In this document: positions 24,827-34,111 of the stretch, piece after piece
How the letters are laid out: each line of letters begins with the position of its first letter
Position numbering within the stretch: position 1 is the stretch's first letter
Source of the DNA: Planctomycetota bacterium
GTDB lineage: Bacteria; Planctomycetota; Planctomycetia; Gemmatales; Gemmataceae
Direction of reading: 5' to 3'
DNA length: 64,000 nucleotides
Assembly (NCBI GenBank): GCA_021324515.1
Contig: JAJPIY010000079.1
Span: forward strand, 10-64,009
Notes under the pieces: generated by a model
Seen by the model: only the letters and a program-made list of their open reading frames with translations
What the model was told of the DNA's origin: nothing
Databases searched by the model: none
Program-made: the position numbers and the translations under genes

Positions 24827-26854
24827 CTATCCGCGCGGAGTGCAGACCAGGAAGCGCCAACTGTCTGCTTCGAGAATGCGCATGCCAAATTGTCGGGCCA
24901 AATCGAGGGCGGTGCGGGCTGCTTTCTTGGCCTGTTCCGCTTCGCCTTGAGCGCGCAGCCAAGCGGCGTAGCGCAAGCGGGTCAGCGCCCGCTCAAACGG
25001 CAAACCGCCGCGATCGTAGGCTTCGAGCAATTCCCGATATTCCGCTCCCAAATCGCTGTTTTGCTCTCCACCTACTACCTGCAAATAATCAGCACGCATA
25101 CGGCGGCGCGCCAAATCAGCCCAGCGGTGCTCACTGCCGTGCCGCGGGCGAAAAAGAATGCTGCGGATATCGAGCGCCTTCAGTTGGCCAGCACGCAGCA
25201 GACACTCAAAGACATGCACCCATTCGTAAACATCGACCGGCACCAGCGCTTTGGCCAAGGCGACCGCTTCGTCGATGCGACCAGCGAGACAGAGGGCATG
25301 GCAGCGATACGCTTTCCACAACGTCTGCCAAGGCGGCGGGACCAGAGGTTGTTCGAGCAATGGCCCCAACCGACCCAGTGCGATCAGGGCATCACCGCGC
25401 AGGGCAGCATCTTCTTCTCGATAAGCGGCCAGAGCGTCCTCGAATTGACCGAGCATCTCAAAACAGATCGCTAAACTCCGATAACGACCAAATCCCGGCC
25501 ACAAGGGCGGTTTCCTCCAGTCTCCGCTGGGGAAAAATCGCAAAAGCAGGTCGCGCTCCAGGACGGGAGCAAGAAAGCGATGCTTGGGATTGTCCAGAGC
25601 GACAAAAGTACTGTCGGCCTCGGCCCACAAGCCGGCGTCGGCGTAAGCGTGAAACAGCTCGATCTCTTCGCGCGCTTCCTCCAGTGTATCGGGACGGCGG
25701 CGATCGGGCCGTCCGCGCAAGAAGCCGGCGCGCGTCCCCGCACTCTGCCGCTGTCCGCCGGCGCCCAGTGCGTGATCGAAGGCGCGGCGCACCAGTGGAT
25801 GCGTGTCGATGACCACGGCCGAACCTGCCCGACCAACGCGCTCCAGCAAGCGCAAATCGATCAACTGCTGGATCTGCTCTGGCAACCATGCTACAGGTCG
25901 CTGAGCAAGCGGCGGATACGTGCGCTGCCACGTCTGGTGCAACAAGGTCTGCACCGGCGGACTGGCCAAGTATTCGAGCAACCGTGCCTCGGTCGGTGGA
26001 TCACGGAATGCCGTAGCCAGCGCGATCAGATCTTGCGTCTCCTGTGGCAAGGCTTGTTGGTACACTGCCAGGACGCGCGCGACCTGATGTTCTTCATCGC
26101 TGGTCCCTTCAGCGCGGGGCAAGTCCGGCAGGTGCCGCAGACGGCGGGCGTCGCCCTGGTGAAAGCGAACGAGAAAAGTCCCCAGCAATTCGACAGCTTT
26201 GGCATGATAACCGCCGGCCGCCGCTACTTCATCAAGGGCTGCTGCTTCGCCGCGCACGCCGAGGCTGGACAGCAAAGCGCGAGCGCTGGCGGCGTCGAGA
26301 CTGCTCAGCGAAATCAAGCGCGCGTGACGGCGGCTTGTCAGCGATGGCAGTGGAAAGCGCGTCGTCAAGACTACGACGCCGGGCAGCGGTCCCGATGCCA
26401 GTTCCTCCAGCAATCGGCCTAATTCGGGATGCACAAAGCGCCCTATCCACGAGCCGCTATCGTACTGAGCCACCTCCGTGCCATCAAGGATGATGGCCCA
26501 GCGCTCTCGACGGAGGCGCGGCAGCAGATGATCGACGCAATAACTGGCGGACAACTCCGGCGGCTGGGGCAATCCCTCGGCATAAGCGTACAGGGAACGC
26601 AGGCAGAGATCGGCATCCTTGCCGCGATAAAAGCTCCACAAGAAAACGCCATCGGGACGGTCCGCCGCGCTCCGCAGCGTTTCCAGCCAATGCTGCACGA
26701 TCGCGGTTTTGCCTTGCCCGCCCGGCCCGATCAGCGCCACAACGCTTTCTCGACCGCCCCTAAGCGCCGCATCTAGCAACGCCAATTCGGCAGTACGGCC
26801 GAAAAAGCGATAAGGCTCGGAAGTGCAGTGATGAATGCACGGAGGACGCGCCAT
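24827..26854 (-). CDS. NB-ARC/STAND-type P-loop NTPase with a C-terminal TPR-like helical repeat region
   Basis: It has Walker A LIGPGGQGKT, Walker B WAIILDG, VVVLTTRF (sensor), a GGYHAKAVELLG block (GxP-like) and THPLVR (MHD-like). The ATG at 26854 was chosen because the longer ORF (to 27172) overlaps ilvC. Confidence 0.75.
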   Translation of the reverse strand: MARPPCIHHCTSEPYRFFGRTAELALLDAALRGGRESVVALIGPGGQGKTAIVQHWLETLRSAADRPDGVFLWSFYRGKDADLCLRSLYAYAEGLPQPPELSASYCVDHLLPRLRRERWAIILDGTEVAQYDSGSWIGRFVHPELGRLLEELASGPLPGVVVLTTRFPLPSLTSRRHARLISLSSLDAASARALLSSLGVRGEAAALDEVAAAGGYHAKAVELLGTFLVRFHQGDARRLRHLPDLPRAEGTSDEEHQVARVLAVYQQALPQETQDLIALATAFRDPPTEARLLEYLASPPVQTLLHQTWQRTYPPLAQRPVAWLPEQIQQLIDLRLLERVGRAGSAVVIDTHPLVRRAFDHALGAGGQRQSAGTRAGFLRGRPDRRRPDTLEEAREEIELFHAYADAGLWAEADSTFVALDNPKHRFLAPVLERDLLLRFFPSGDWRKPPLWPGFGRYRSLAICFEMLGQFEDALAAYREEDAALRGDALIALGRLGPLLEQPLVPPPWQTLWKAYRCHALCLAGRIDEAVALAKALVPVDVYEWVHVFECLLRAGQLKALDIRSILFRPRHGSEHRWADLARRRMRADYLQVVGGEQNSDLGAEYRELLEAYDRGGLPFERALTRLRYAAWLRAQGEAEQAKKAARTALDLARQFGMRILEADSWRFLVCTPRG

Positions 26855-26898
26855 GACAGTGAGAAGAAGGACCAACCCCAGGGAGATGGGCCCTTCCC

Positions 26899-27960
26899 TT
26901 ATCCTTTGGATTTGGCGGCGCGTTCGGGGCGCAGCGAGCGGACCACGGCGCCGGCTTGCCACATTTCGCTGTCCGCCACTTCCTTCAGTTCCTTTTCCAG
27001 CTGCTGCCGATAATCGCTGCGGCTGTTCGCCTCCAGCACACGGCGTGTTTCCTCGCCCTCGGCCACCTTGCGATACAGCTCCTCGAAGACCGGCTTGGCG
27101 GCATCGCGGAAACGCTTGAACCAGTCCAACGCCCCGCGCTGCGCCGTCGTTGAGCAGTTGGCGTACATCCAATCCATGCCGTTCTCGGCGATCAAGGGAT
27201 AAAGGCTTTGTGTCGCTTCCTCGACCGTTTCATTGAACGCCTCCGAGGGCGAATGGCCGTGCTCGCGCAGCACTTCGTATTGAGCGAGCCATAGGCCGTA
27301 GATGGCCCCCATCAGTACGCCGCGCTCTCCGGTCAAGTCGCTGAACACTTCCTTTTGGAAGGTCGTCTCAAACAGATAGCCCGAACCGATAGCGATGCCC
27401 AGGGCCAAGGCGCGTTCACGGGCCTTGCCGGTGGCGTCTTGATGAACGGCGAAGCTGGCGTTGATGCCCTTGCCTTCGAGGAACAATCGCCGTACGGTCG
27501 TACCCGATCCCTTCGGGGCCACGAGGATCACATCGATGTTCTCCGGCGGCACCACTCCGGTTTGATCGCTGTAGACAATGCTGAAACCGTGCGAGAAATA
27601 CAGCGCCTTACCTGCGGTCAGGTGTGGCTTGAGTTTGGGCCAGAATTCTTTTTGCCCGGCGTCGGAGAGCAGATATTGCACGATGGTGCCGCGCTGGGCC
27701 GCCTCTTCCAATGGAAAAAGCGTCCGCCCAGGCGTCCAGCCGTCTTGCACGGCCAGGTCCCAGCTACGCGTCTTTTCACGCTGGCCGACAATGACATTGA
27801 CGCCGTTGTCCTTCATGTTGAGCGATTGGCCGCGGCCCTGGACGCCGTAACCTAGTACGGCGACCGTTTCCGAACCGAGAATGGCCTGCAAGCGCTGCGG
27901 AGGATAATCAGCACGTTCCACGACCGTTTCCGTCACATTGCCGATCTGAATCTGTCGCAT
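26899..27960 (-). CDS. ilvC: Ketol-acid reductoisomerase
   Basis: It has VAVLGYGVQGRGQSLNMKDNGVNVIVG and the conserved C-terminal knotted domain (SHGFSIVY, LFETTFQKEVFSDLTGERGVLMG). Confidence 0.95.
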   Translation of the reverse strand: MRQIQIGNVTETVVERADYPPQRLQAILGSETVAVLGYGVQGRGQSLNMKDNGVNVIVGQREKTRSWDLAVQDGWTPGRTLFPLEEAAQRGTIVQYLLSDAGQKEFWPKLKPHLTAGKALYFSHGFSIVYSDQTGVVPPENIDVILVAPKGSGTTVRRLFLEGKGINASFAVHQDATGKARERALALGIAIGSGYLFETTFQKEVFSDLTGERGVLMGAIYGLWLAQYEVLREHGHSPSEAFNETVEEATQSLYPLIAENGMDWMYANCSTTAQRGALDWFKRFRDAAKPVFEELYRKVAEGEETRRVLEANSRSDYRQQLEKELKEVADSEMWQAGAVVRSLRPERAAKSKG

Positions 27961-27992
27961 AGTCTGTAGTCCGTAGTCTGTAGTCCGTAGTT
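27961..27992. repeat. Tandem 14-nt (7+7) repeat abutting the ilvC start codon
   Basis: The sequence is agtc tgtagtccgtagtc tgtagtccgtagtt. On the ilvC mRNA strand this is GACTAC(A/G) four times, ending directly at the ATG. Confidence 0.85.
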
Positions 27993-28030
27993 CAGGTCAG
28001 GTGATTAACTATATAGTAAGCACCAGGCGT

Positions 28031-28054
28031 TGACTAGCTGACTAGCTGACTGGA
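28031..28054. repeat. Tandem 8-nt repeat (x3)
   Basis: The sequence tgactagc tgactagc tgactgga runs into the GGAGG RBS of the dipeptidase gene. Confidence 0.8.
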
Positions 28055-28065
28055 GGCCATAGACT

Positions 28066-29145
28066 ATGCTGATCGTTGACGCACATCTCGACCTGGCTTG
28101 GAATGCTTTGGATTGGGACCGCAATCTGCTGCGGCCGGTGAGTGAAATCCGCAAGCGCGAAATCGAGCTGGGGATGATTGGCAAAGGCCGCGGAGAAGGC
28201 ACGGTATCGTTTCCGGAGCTGCGTCGCGGCGGCGTCGGCCTGTTCATCGCTACCCTGCTGGCCCGTTTACTGCGTCCCAACTTGATGCCGGCCATTCAGC
28301 GCTACGAACATATGGAGGCAGCCTACGCAGCGGCACACGGCCAGATGGCGTATTATCGCATCTTGGAGCAGAAGGGGATATTGCGCTGGATCAAGGACGC
28401 GGCCAGTCTTGATGCCCACGTCCGCGCCTGGAACGCCGATCCGCAACAGGAGCCGCTGGGCTTCATCCTGAGCATGGAGGGAGCAGATCCGGTGTTGTCG
28501 CCGGCGCAGGTCGAAGAGTGGTTTCAAGCTGGCTTGCGCATTCTCGGCCCAGCGCACTACGGCGTCAGTCCCTACGCCCACGGCACCGGCACTGAGGGCG
28601 GTCTGTTGCCCGCGGGGCCGGCACTGCTCAAAGAGATGCAGCGCGTCGGCATGGTCCTCGACGTGACGCACCTCTCCGACCAGTGCTTTGACGAAGCCCT
28701 GGACATTTACGGCGGGCCCGTGCTGGCCAGCCATCACAATTGCCGAGCGCTAGTGCCCCACCAACGCCAGTTGACCGATGAGCAGATCAAGCGGCTGATT
28801 CAGCGCGGCGCCGTCATCGGCACAGCCCTGGATGCCTGGATGTTGGCGCCTGGTTGGGTGCGCGGTCAGACCCGGCCCGAAGAAGCGGGCGTGAAACTGG
28901 AGACGATGGTCAACCATATCGATCGCATCTGTCAGCTGGCAGGCAACGCTCATCATGCGGCCATCGGCACGGATCTGGACGGCGGCTTTGGCCGCGAGCA
29001 GTCGCCCTACGATCTCGATACCATTGCCGATTTACAACGCCTGCCGCAACTACTCCGCCGCCGGGGTTACGACGACCAAGCCATTGCCGACATCCTGCAC
29101 GGCAACTGGCTGCGCTTCTTCCGCCAGGCGCTGCCCAAGAGTTAA
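28066..29145 (+). CDS. Membrane-dipeptidase (peptidase M19)-family metallohydrolase
   Basis: It has the N-terminal HxD metal motif (IVDAHLDLAWN), plus LSMEGADP, LDVTHLSD and GTDLDGGF blocks typical of the renal dipeptidase fold. Confidence 0.75.
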   Translation: MLIVDAHLDLAWNALDWDRNLLRPVSEIRKREIELGMIGKGRGEGTVSFPELRRGGVGLFIATLLARLLRPNLMPAIQRYEHMEAAYAAAHGQMAYYRILEQKGILRWIKDAASLDAHVRAWNADPQQEPLGFILSMEGADPVLSPAQVEEWFQAGLRILGPAHYGVSPYAHGTGTEGGLLPAGPALLKEMQRVGMVLDVTHLSDQCFDEALDIYGGPVLASHHNCRALVPHQRQLTDEQIKRLIQRGAVIGTALDAWMLAPGWVRGQTRPEEAGVKLETMVNHIDRICQLAGNAHHAAIGTDLDGGFGREQSPYDLDTIADLQRLPQLLRRRGYDDQAIADILHGNWLRFFRQALPKS

Positions 29146-29263
29146 CCCCAGGGCCCCAGAGAGCATAGAGCAAAACATACAGAAGAAAGCTACGAAATGG
29201 CCTACCAGGGACACAATTTGTCCGATATTTGTTTCTTCTTTCTCTTTTCTGCGTTCTCTGGAG

Positions 29264-29536
29264 TTAGTCTTCTTCTGATTCCACGACATCTTCCAGTCGG
29301 GCGATGGCGACGATTTCGGTTCGGACCAACAACAGGCGGCGGCGATTGCGCTTGACACCCGTGGCCCGCGATGCCGCTACATAGTTCTCGCGCGTCGTAT
29401 CGCTATCACGCAGGTCATGCATGTCGGCGTTGCGCAACTCGATAAAATGTTCATCGACGCGCTGAAGCGTCCCCAGGCAGACGTATTCACTGCGAAGATC
29501 TACTACGACACGCTGATTCAGGAACTCTTCGATCAT
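29264..29536 (-). CDS. Sm-like (LSm fold) protein, putative
   Basis: It has an Sm1-like segment (FLNQRVVVDLRSEYVCLGTLQRVDEHFIELRNA) and an Sm2-like segment (RRLLLVRTEIVAIARL). An AGGAG sits 7 nt before the ATG at 29536. Confidence 0.45.
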   Translation of the reverse strand: MIEEFLNQRVVVDLRSEYVCLGTLQRVDEHFIELRNADMHDLRDSDTTRENYVAASRATGVKRNRRRLLLVRTEIVAIARLEDVVESEED

Positions 29537-30006
29537 GGCGCTCTCCTGATCCGTGCAAGGGATACCCAGCTTCATTCCCGTTTGCTATTGTAAAGGAAGG
29601 CTTTCCGGAAGACTTGCCTTAAAATGCATGCGCATTCGTGTTCCAACCATCCTTGCCGGTCGCTGAACGTTGCCATCGTGCCGCCATTGGATTCGAAAGA
29701 GGGCCTGACCATTATTTCGACTATAGGCATTCGCAGGGTCCTTGTTGGAATAGCTGCGGGCGCAAAGCAACACGACCTGCCGGTCTGTGACGTTGTCAAT
29801 CGTGCCCATTGCCAACTAGCACGGCTGGCACACGTTTTGGGGAAAAAACTGATCGACATGACAGAGGCGATTCTCGATAATGGTGCTCCGGTCGGCAATT
29901 GTCTGCAGGAGCTAAAAGGATGCGCCGACAAGACGGAGGCTTTCCGCACGCTGGACAACGGTTAAGGCGTTAGAGAAGGCCAATATTCAAGGGATCGGGG
30001 AACATA

Positions 30007-31227
30007 ATGGCTCAAGTGCGCGAAGAGATTGTCACGCGTCCGGAAGAATTAGTGGCGTGTTGTGCGGAACTGGCGAAATGTCCTTATTTAGGGTTCGATA
30101 CAGAATTTGTGGGCGAGGACACCTACCATCCGAGCTTGTGCCTGGTGCAAGTGGCCACGCCGGACTGCCTTTATCTCATCGATCCGTTGACGACCGGGCC
30201 GCTCGATGCTTTCTGGCAACTTATCATTGATCCGGCGCGCCTTGTCATTGTCCACGCCGGACGCGAAGAAGTACGGCTATGCCACTTGTGGACCGGATAC
30301 ACGCCTGGCAATCTCTTTGACCTGCAATTAGCAGCCGGCCTGGTCGGCTGGGCCTATCCGCTTGGCTACGGGACGCTGGTCAACCAGGTTCTCGGCGTGC
30401 AAATGGCCAAGGGCGAGACGCTCACGGAATGGCGGCGGCGTCCTCTCACTGCTGCCCAAATCCGGTACGCTTTCGATGATGTTCGCTACCTATTGCCGGC
30501 GTGGCGGCGCTTAGCGGCGCGGCTGGAGGAGCAGGGCCGAACCGATTGGGCGCGCGAAGAATTTGCCCGCCTGGTGATGAACGCCGCGCCGGAGGAGTTC
30601 GTCCCCGAGCGCTGGCGGAAGCTGCGTGGCCTTGGTTCCTTGGACCGCCGCCGTCTGGCTATCGTCCGGGCTTTGTACTATTGGCGCGAAGAAACCGCCG
30701 CCCGCACCAATCGCCCCGCCCGCGCCATCGTCCGTGACGATCTGATTATCGAAATCGCTCGCCGCAATCCGAGCCGCGAGCGTGATCTGCACGTGGTCCG
30801 CGGCTTGCCGCGCCGCGACCTCGACGCCATCTTGCAAACAGTGGCCCAAGCTCGCAGTTTGCCCTTGGAGCAATGTCCAGCCGTCGGGGGCCGTGAACAG
30901 GATCCGCCGCAGGTGGCGCTGGTGACCAATGTGCTGATGGCGGTCCTCGGCGACGTTTGCGCCCGCCGCGGCCTAGCGGCAAACCTCGTCGCCAGCACCC
31001 ATGATGTGAAACTGCTTGTCCGCGCACGGCTGGCCGAGCAATCGTTGCCTACGGAATCGTTGCTGACCGCTGGCTGGCGCCGCACCCACATCTTGCCCGA
31101 TCTCTTGGCCGTTCTCGAAGGCCGCCGCCAGTTACGCATCGCCGACATAACGGCGGAGACGCCGTTCGACTATGCCGACTGCCCCAAAACCCTGACCGAA
31201 TTCGGCGAATCGACGGCCTCCGGCTGA
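30007..31227 (+). CDS. rnd: Ribonuclease D (DEDD 3'-5' exonuclease plus HRDC)
   Basis: It has LGFDTEFVGEDTYHPSLCLVQVAT, VIVHAGREE and YAFDDVRYL (the Y of DEDDy), followed by an HRDC-like region. Confidence 0.85.
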   Translation: MAQVREEIVTRPEELVACCAELAKCPYLGFDTEFVGEDTYHPSLCLVQVATPDCLYLIDPLTTGPLDAFWQLIIDPARLVIVHAGREEVRLCHLWTGYTPGNLFDLQLAAGLVGWAYPLGYGTLVNQVLGVQMAKGETLTEWRRRPLTAAQIRYAFDDVRYLLPAWRRLAARLEEQGRTDWAREEFARLVMNAAPEEFVPERWRKLRGLGSLDRRRLAIVRALYYWREETAARTNRPARAIVRDDLIIEIARRNPSRERDLHVVRGLPRRDLDAILQTVAQARSLPLEQCPAVGGREQDPPQVALVTNVLMAVLGDVCARRGLAANLVASTHDVKLLVRARLAEQSLPTESLLTAGWRRTHILPDLLAVLEGRRQLRIADITAETPFDYADCPKTLTEFGESTASG

Positions 31228-31345
31228 ATTTAGCAGCAGAAGCCGTTGGAGAATTCCGATGGATCGTGAACCCTACTTTTGGTACAATTTTTTTGTCCGG
31301 CCCAGGAGATGGGCTGGGGGAATTATTCCTGTATCGGGAAATGCA

Positions 31346-32459
31346 ATGAACGCCGAATTACGACGACGCAGTGAAGAGGTACTGAACCGTTTGACGCGGC
31401 TGCGGGACTCTCTTTGACATCTCCGGCAAGCAATCCCTACGCGAACAACTGAACGCCTGCATGGGGCAGCCCAACTTCTGGGACAATCCCGAAAAGGCCC
31501 AACAGATCATCGCTCAGCTGAAGCCGCTCAACGGCCTGCTCAAGCCCTATGAAGAGTTGGAATCGGCCGCAGGCGACGTGCAAGCATTAGTCGAATTGGC
31601 CGATGAAGATGCCAGCTTGGAGCCTGAGCTGGAGCGTGAATTGGCGCCGTTCGAGAAGCGTCTCGATGATTTCGAGATGCGCGCCATGCTCGACGGCCCG
31701 CAGGATGCCAGCAATGCTTACCTGCGCATCCAGGCCGGCACGGGCGGCACCGAGGCGTGCGATTGGGCGCAGATGCTCTTGCGCATGTACGCGCGCTGGG
31801 CCGAGAAACACGGTTACGAAGTCGAAATTGTCGATGAATTGCCCAATGAAGAGGCCGGCATCCGCAACGCTACCTTGCATATCAAGGGCGATTACGCCTA
31901 TGGCCATCTCCAGGGCGAGGCAGGGGTGCATCGCCTGGTGCGCATCAGCCCTTTTGACGCCAACGCCCGGCGGCAAACCTCCTTTGCCGCTGTGGACGTG
32001 ATGCCAGAGATCGAGGGCGTTATTGAGATCGCCATTCGTCCCGATGAGCTGCGGCGCGACACGTTCCGCAGCGGCGGCCCCGGTGGGCAACATCAGAACA
32101 AGACCGAAAGCGGCGTGCGCTACACCCACCTGCCGACCGGTATCTCGGCCGAGAGCCGCAGCCAACGCAGCCAGCACAAAAATGATGAAATGGCCCTGAA
32201 ACTCCTCAAAGCCAAGCTCTATCAGATCGAAGAGCAGAAACGCCGTGCCGAAGTTGAAAAACTGTATGACGAGAAGGGGGAGGTAGCCTGGGGCTATCAG
32301 ATCCGCAACTATGTCATGCAGCCATACACGTTGGTCAAGGACCTGCGCACCGAGGTGCAAACGCCGCAAGTGCAGAATGTACTTGACGGCGAAATCGATG
32401 AGTTCATCCAGGCCTACCTGCGTCTAAAGGCGGAGCGGCGGCATAAGAAAACCAAATGA
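31346..32459 (+). CDS. prfB: Peptide chain release factor 2, requiring a programmed +1 frameshift (31346..31414 joined to 31416..32459)
   Basis: Frame 0 reads MNAELRRRSEEVLNRLTRLRDSL and stops at TGA 31415-17. The +1 frame continues DISGKQSLREQLNACMGQPNFWDNPEKA.... It contains the SPF-equivalent and GGQ (SGGPGGQHQNKTESGVR) motifs. Confidence 0.9.
31412..31418 (+). promoter_or_regulatory. prfB +1 frameshift site CTT TGA C
   Basis: This is the canonical slippery CUU followed by an in-frame UGA and then C. A weak purine-rich element (cgggac) lies just upstream. Confidence 0.85.
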
Positions 32460-32489
32460 CGTCGAACAGGTTCCGAACGAGGAGCGGAA

Positions 32490-32543
32490 TTTCGCCGCGA
32501 GCCGTAGGCGAGCACACGCGCTCGCCTACGGCTCGCGGCGAAA
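32490..32543. repeat. Family B palindromic (REP-like) element, copy 1; bidirectional terminator candidate
   Basis: tttcgccgcgagccgtaggcgagc (24 nt) and its perfect reverse complement flank the 6-nt loop acacgc. It lies between the convergent prfB and korB. Confidence 0.85.
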
Positions 32544-32593
32544 CGGGGAACTTGTTTTGGCGCGCCGCCTAACTGTTGGGAGGGCGGATGGGT

Positions 32594-33493
32594 TTACATA
32601 AACTCCTCCACCAGTGCCCGCCGTTGCTCGGCCGTCAGGCCGCGCGGCTTGAGGACGAGCGGTTCGCCTTGCAGGGCCGGGTCGAGCTTATCCAACGACG
32701 GGCGCGGGTTGGGATTGCGATAGAACAAGCCAATCGGGATCTTGGCGCCCCATTCGATAGCACGGTCCATAGCAGCGTGGAAGTTGGTCGGATCGTGACC
32801 TTTGTCTTCCAGGCGGTAGACGTGATCGCGGAACCAGTGGTAGGTGTTCTGTTTGTTGAACGTCACGCACGGGCTGAACACGTCGATGAGGGCGAATCCC
32901 GGATATTGGATGCCGTCCATATACAGTTTTTGCAGGTGCTTGGGATCGCCGCTGAAGCCGCGGGCAATGTAGCCGCAGCCAGAGGCCAAGGCCAGGGCCA
33001 ACGGGTTGAGCATCTGCTCCAGGTTGCCCATCGGCGTGCTCTTGGTGACCATGCCTGGCTCGCTGGTCGGCGAGACCTGCCCCGTCGTCAGGCCGTAAAT
33101 CTCGTTGTTCATGACGATGTAGGTGAGGTTGATGTTGCGGCGCATGGCCTGGATGAAGTGATTCAGGCCGATGCCGTAGCCGTCGCCGTCGCCGCCGGTG
33201 ACGATGACGGTGAGGCGATGGTTGGCCAGCTTGGCGCCCGTGGCGAAGGCCAGCGCGCGGCCGTGCAGGCTGTGGACGCCATAGGAGCGGAAAAAGCCCG
33301 GCAGGTTCGACGAGCAGCCGATGCCGGAGACGACCAGCAATTCATGCGGCGGAATCTCCAGTTCGGCACAGGCTTTTTGCAACACGTTCAAGACGCCGAA
33401 ATCGCCGCAGCCGGGACACCAATCCGGCGGCACGTCGGCTTTAAAGTCCTTCACTTCGAGTTTGCGAGGAGTAGCAGCAGTTAGGGTCGTCAT
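32594..33493 (-). CDS. korB: 2-oxoacid:ferredoxin oxidoreductase beta (TPP-binding) subunit
   Basis: It has WCPGCGDFGVL and the TPP motif GGDGDGYGIG...NNEIYGLTTGQ. Confidence 0.9.
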   Translation of the reverse strand: MTTLTAATPRKLEVKDFKADVPPDWCPGCGDFGVLNVLQKACAELEIPPHELLVVSGIGCSSNLPGFFRSYGVHSLHGRALAFATGAKLANHRLTVIVTGGDGDGYGIGLNHFIQAMRRNINLTYIVMNNEIYGLTTGQVSPTSEPGMVTKSTPMGNLEQMLNPLALALASGCGYIARGFSGDPKHLQKLYMDGIQYPGFALIDVFSPCVTFNKQNTYHWFRDHVYRLEDKGHDPTNFHAAMDRAIEWGAKIPIGLFYRNPNPRPSLDKLDPALQGEPLVLKPRGLTAEQRRALVEEFM

Positions 33494-33552
33494 CTGGTTT
33501 ATCTCCAGGGTTGGGTTTTGGGGTAAATCGGCGGCCTCTCAGCCGCCGAAGG

Positions 33553-33963
33553 TCACAAAGACGTTGGCCGCGGTTTCTCGCGGCGGAACACGATACACAA
33601 ATGGCGCGTGTCGTCGTCGGGCGGAAACGCGGCCAGGCGATTGCCGGTGCCCGGTTCGGCCGGACACCAGATCAAATGATCGCCGTCCAGCTCGTAGATG
33701 ACCAGCGATGTTTTACCTCGGTGCTTCGCCGGCCCTTCGTGGATGGTCATGTCCATCATCTTGGGCTTGGTGGTCGGATCAATCGTATAAACGCCGAGGT
33801 AAATATCACCGTTCTTGAACTTGACGGTGAAATGATCGCCCGCGATGAACATTTGCGCTTCGCGGATGCCGGAAACGAAGTTCCACGTCCCCTGCAAACG
33901 CTCTTTGTCGCGCTCGATGGCGATTTCTCGGGCCACGTCGGGATCGAGTAACAAAGTATCCAT
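33553..33963 (-). CDS. TIGR03067-like (planctomycete lipocalin-like) domain protein
   Basis: 136 aa. The pattern LQGTWNFVSG...FTVKFKNGDIYLGVYTIDPTTKPKMMDMTI...LVIYELDGDHLIWC matches my recollection of that family. This was not verified by a search. Confidence 0.5.
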   Translation of the reverse strand: MDTLLLDPDVAREIAIERDKERLQGTWNFVSGIREAQMFIAGDHFTVKFKNGDIYLGVYTIDPTTKPKMMDMTIHEGPAKHRGKTSLVIYELDGDHLIWCPAEPGTGNRLAAFPPDDDTRHLCIVFRREKPRPTSL

Positions 33964-33989
33964 GGGTATGGCTCCCTCAAGAGTTTTGG

Positions 33990-34111
33990 TTTAGCCGCGA
34001 GCCGTAGGCGAGCGCTGTCACGCTCGCCTACGGCTCGCGGCTAAACCGGCTATCGTTTAGCCGCGAGCCGTAGGCGAGCGTGACAGCGCTCGCCTACGGC
34101 TCGCGGCTAAA
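33990..34111. repeat. Family B palindromic elements, copies 2 and 3 (tandem, with flipped loops)
   Basis: Positions 33990-34045 and 34056-34111 are each tttagccgcgagccgtaggcgagcg / loop / cgctcgcctacggctcgcggctaaa. The loops ctgtca and tgacag are reverse complements. The element starts right after the korA stop. Confidence 0.9.

Noticed and set aside
26855-27172. The N-terminal 106 codons of the STAND ORF (24827..27172).
   Set aside because: This part overlaps the 3' end of ilvC in another frame and is Arg/Gly-rich. The ATG at 26854 lies just upstream of the P-loop domain and after the ilvC stop.
29572-29965. Three mutually overlapping ORFs lie between the Sm-like gene and rnd: plus 29624-29965 (113 aa), minus 29572-29958 (128 aa) and minus 29585-29815 (76 aa).
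   Set aside because: None has a recognisable motif or RBS. Third-position GC does not clearly favour any frame. At most one can be real, with the 74-aa minus-strand MGTIDNVTDRQ... frame perhaps most protein-like. The calls are left open for lack of evidence.
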